From a virus, in IMG/VR virus record IMGVR_UViG_3300020041_000021, positions 1-5,974 of that record: 5,974 bases of DNA, one strand, 5' to 3'. The stretch's first letter is position 1, and each line of letters begins with the position of its first letter. Positions 5,248-5,974 of this stretch are shown piece after piece. Both the position numbers and the translations under genes were made by a program. The notes beneath the pieces are model-generated. The model was not told the origin of the DNA. It saw only the letters and a program-made list of their open reading frames with translations, and did not search any database.

Positions 5248-5974
5248 TGGCCTGCTCTTCACCCATATGGATACGCAATCGTCGCTATTTCGACAAGAAG
5301 AATCCTTGTCGGGGTGGCTCCGACGTAGCCAAGTCTGCCTTAGCTCTTCGCCCCTGGGATATCGCTCGTCAGTGGTTGATGGTTCCTTGTGGAAAATGTG
5401 AGGACTGCTTGCGTCGCCAGCGTAATGATTGGTTCGTTCGGCTAGAGCGCGAGCTCTCTCGTTGTAAGGCGAATAGTCAGCAGGCGATATTTATTACCAT
5501 TACGATTGCTCCTAAGTATTACCAGGAGGCACTCCTTGACCCGGCTCGTTTCATTCGACGATGGAATGAGCGCGTTCGGCATACGCTTGGACATTCTTTT
5601 AAGCACGCGTTTTTTCAAGAGTTTGGGACTCACCCGGAAACAGGTTCGGAGCCTCGCCTACATTTCCATGGTTTTCTTTTCGGTACTGACTGCATGTACA
5701 ACGATATTCGAACGGCCGTCCGCGACCTTGGTTTTGTGTGGTTAGCGAAAGCCACCCACAAGCGCGCTCGCTATTGCGTAAAGTATGTTACTAAACAAAT
5801 TCAATTTAATCCCGAAGAAATTTCGGATAAACATGTTACTGTAGATGGAAAGCTTACACCTTTATCTTGCCTCCTCCAACATCGCCGTTATACGCGAAAA
5901 TTCGTATCTGCTGGCGTTGGTGATTTTCTTGGTTATATGCCTCGCCCTTCTGTTCGTACTTCGTCGTGGTCTTA
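5247..5974 (+). CDS. VP4: Replication initiator protein (VP4 / gene A-like HUH rolling-circle endonuclease), N-terminal part. It runs off the window end and continues at 1..462, for 356 aa in total.
   Basis: My own translation of frame 3 is open from the TGA at 5202-5204 to the window end. It shows the N-terminal ACSSPIWIRN and VPCGKCEDCLRRQRNDW, RCR motif 1 FITITI (5490-5507), motif 2 LHFHGFLF (5658-5681) and motif 3 YCVKYVTK. The two tyrosines of motif 3 (5772-5774 and 5784-5786) are spaced as in the phiX174 A protein. The proposed start is GTG at 5247, and the first ATG is at 5379. Confidence 0.9.
   Translation, partial: MACSSPIWIRNRRYFDKKNPCRGGSDVAKSALALRPWDIARQWLMVPCGKCEDCLRRQRNDWFVRLERELSRCKANSQQAIFITITIAPKYYQEALLDPARFIRRWNERVRHTLGHSFKHAFFQEFGTHPETGSEPRLHFHGFLFGTDCMYNDIRTAVRDLGFVWLAKATHKRARYCVKYVTKQIQFNPEEISDKHVTVDGKLTPLSCLLQHRRYTRKFVSAGVGDFLGYMPRPSVRTSSWS
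5856..5974. repeat. Terminal redundancy, copy 2 (identical to 1-119)
   Basis: Same as copy 1. Position 5856 corresponds to position 1, and the reading frame is continuous. Confidence 0.97.

Larger units (their letters stand above)
1..5855 (+). other. One full unit of a circular Microviridae-type ssDNA phage genome (5855 nt)
   Basis: A 119-nt exact terminal redundancy (1-119 = 5856-5974) closes the circle and restores a single Rep ORF across the junction. Gene content is F-like capsid, pilot protein and HUH Rep, all on one strand. The size is typical of Microviridae. Confidence 0.88.

Noticed and set aside
451-5633. Minus-strand ORFs of 63-144 aa (451..711, 787..1221, 1417..1656, 3193..3438, 3227..3454, 3500..3706, 3917..4189, 4199..4417, 4353..4562, 5026..5235, 5442..5633).
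   Set aside because: Every one is antisense to a well-supported + strand gene. Microviridae transcribe a single strand. The translations are low-complexity or Arg/Gly/Ser-rich, as expected for antisense frames.
62-5745. Many hydrophobic same-strand ORFs nested inside the real genes (62..349, 491..748, 869..1246, 1451..1666, 1973..2167, 3252..3440, 3564..3761, 5117..5401, 5506..5745). They could be taken for phiX174-style overlapping genes such as lysis protein E.
   Set aside because: All of them lie in the +1 frame relative to the gene they first overlap. In that frame the T-rich third codon positions of the real gene become second positions, which produces Leu/Phe/Ile/Val-rich pseudo-proteins automatically. 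At least two start at TTG rather than ATG (62 and 869), and none has an independent signal. They cannot be strictly excluded without conservation analysis, for example suppression of synonymous sites in VP1.

Overview
This window is one complete, circularly permuted genome of a small ssDNA phage of the family Microviridae. By gene content it is gokusho/alpa-like rather than phiX-like. Positions 1-119 are identical to 5856-5974, so the true unit is a 5855-nt circle, and the linear window is cut inside the replication-initiator gene. All credible genes are on the + strand and tightly packed. They are: Rep/VP4 (5247..5855 joined to 1..462, 356 aa, with rolling-circle motifs FITITI, HFH and YCVKY); major capsid VP1 (466..2280); an acidic 98-aa protein (2293..2589); a 63-aa predicted lipoprotein (2722..2913); the DNA-pilot/minor capsid protein VP2 (2915..4168); and three ORFans (4250..4570, 4582..4905, 5044..5247). 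None of the starts has a Shine-Dalgarno sequence. There are only three noncoding regions. Two of them (2590-2721 and 4906-5043) carry strong secondary structures and share an exact 11-nt motif, TGGAAGAGTTC. The second holds a 64-nt three-way junction whose two inner hairpins are capped by CGAAG triloops, one being the hyperstable GCGAAGC minihairpin. It is a good candidate for a complementary-strand origin on the packaged ssDNA. Other points worth follow-up are the small lipoprotein just upstream of VP2 (lysis or exclusion candidate), the non-ATG start of Rep, an in-frame TAG between the acidic ORF and the lipoprotein ORF, and the ORFan block between VP2 and Rep. No tRNA, rRNA, CRISPR, transposase or integrase is present.
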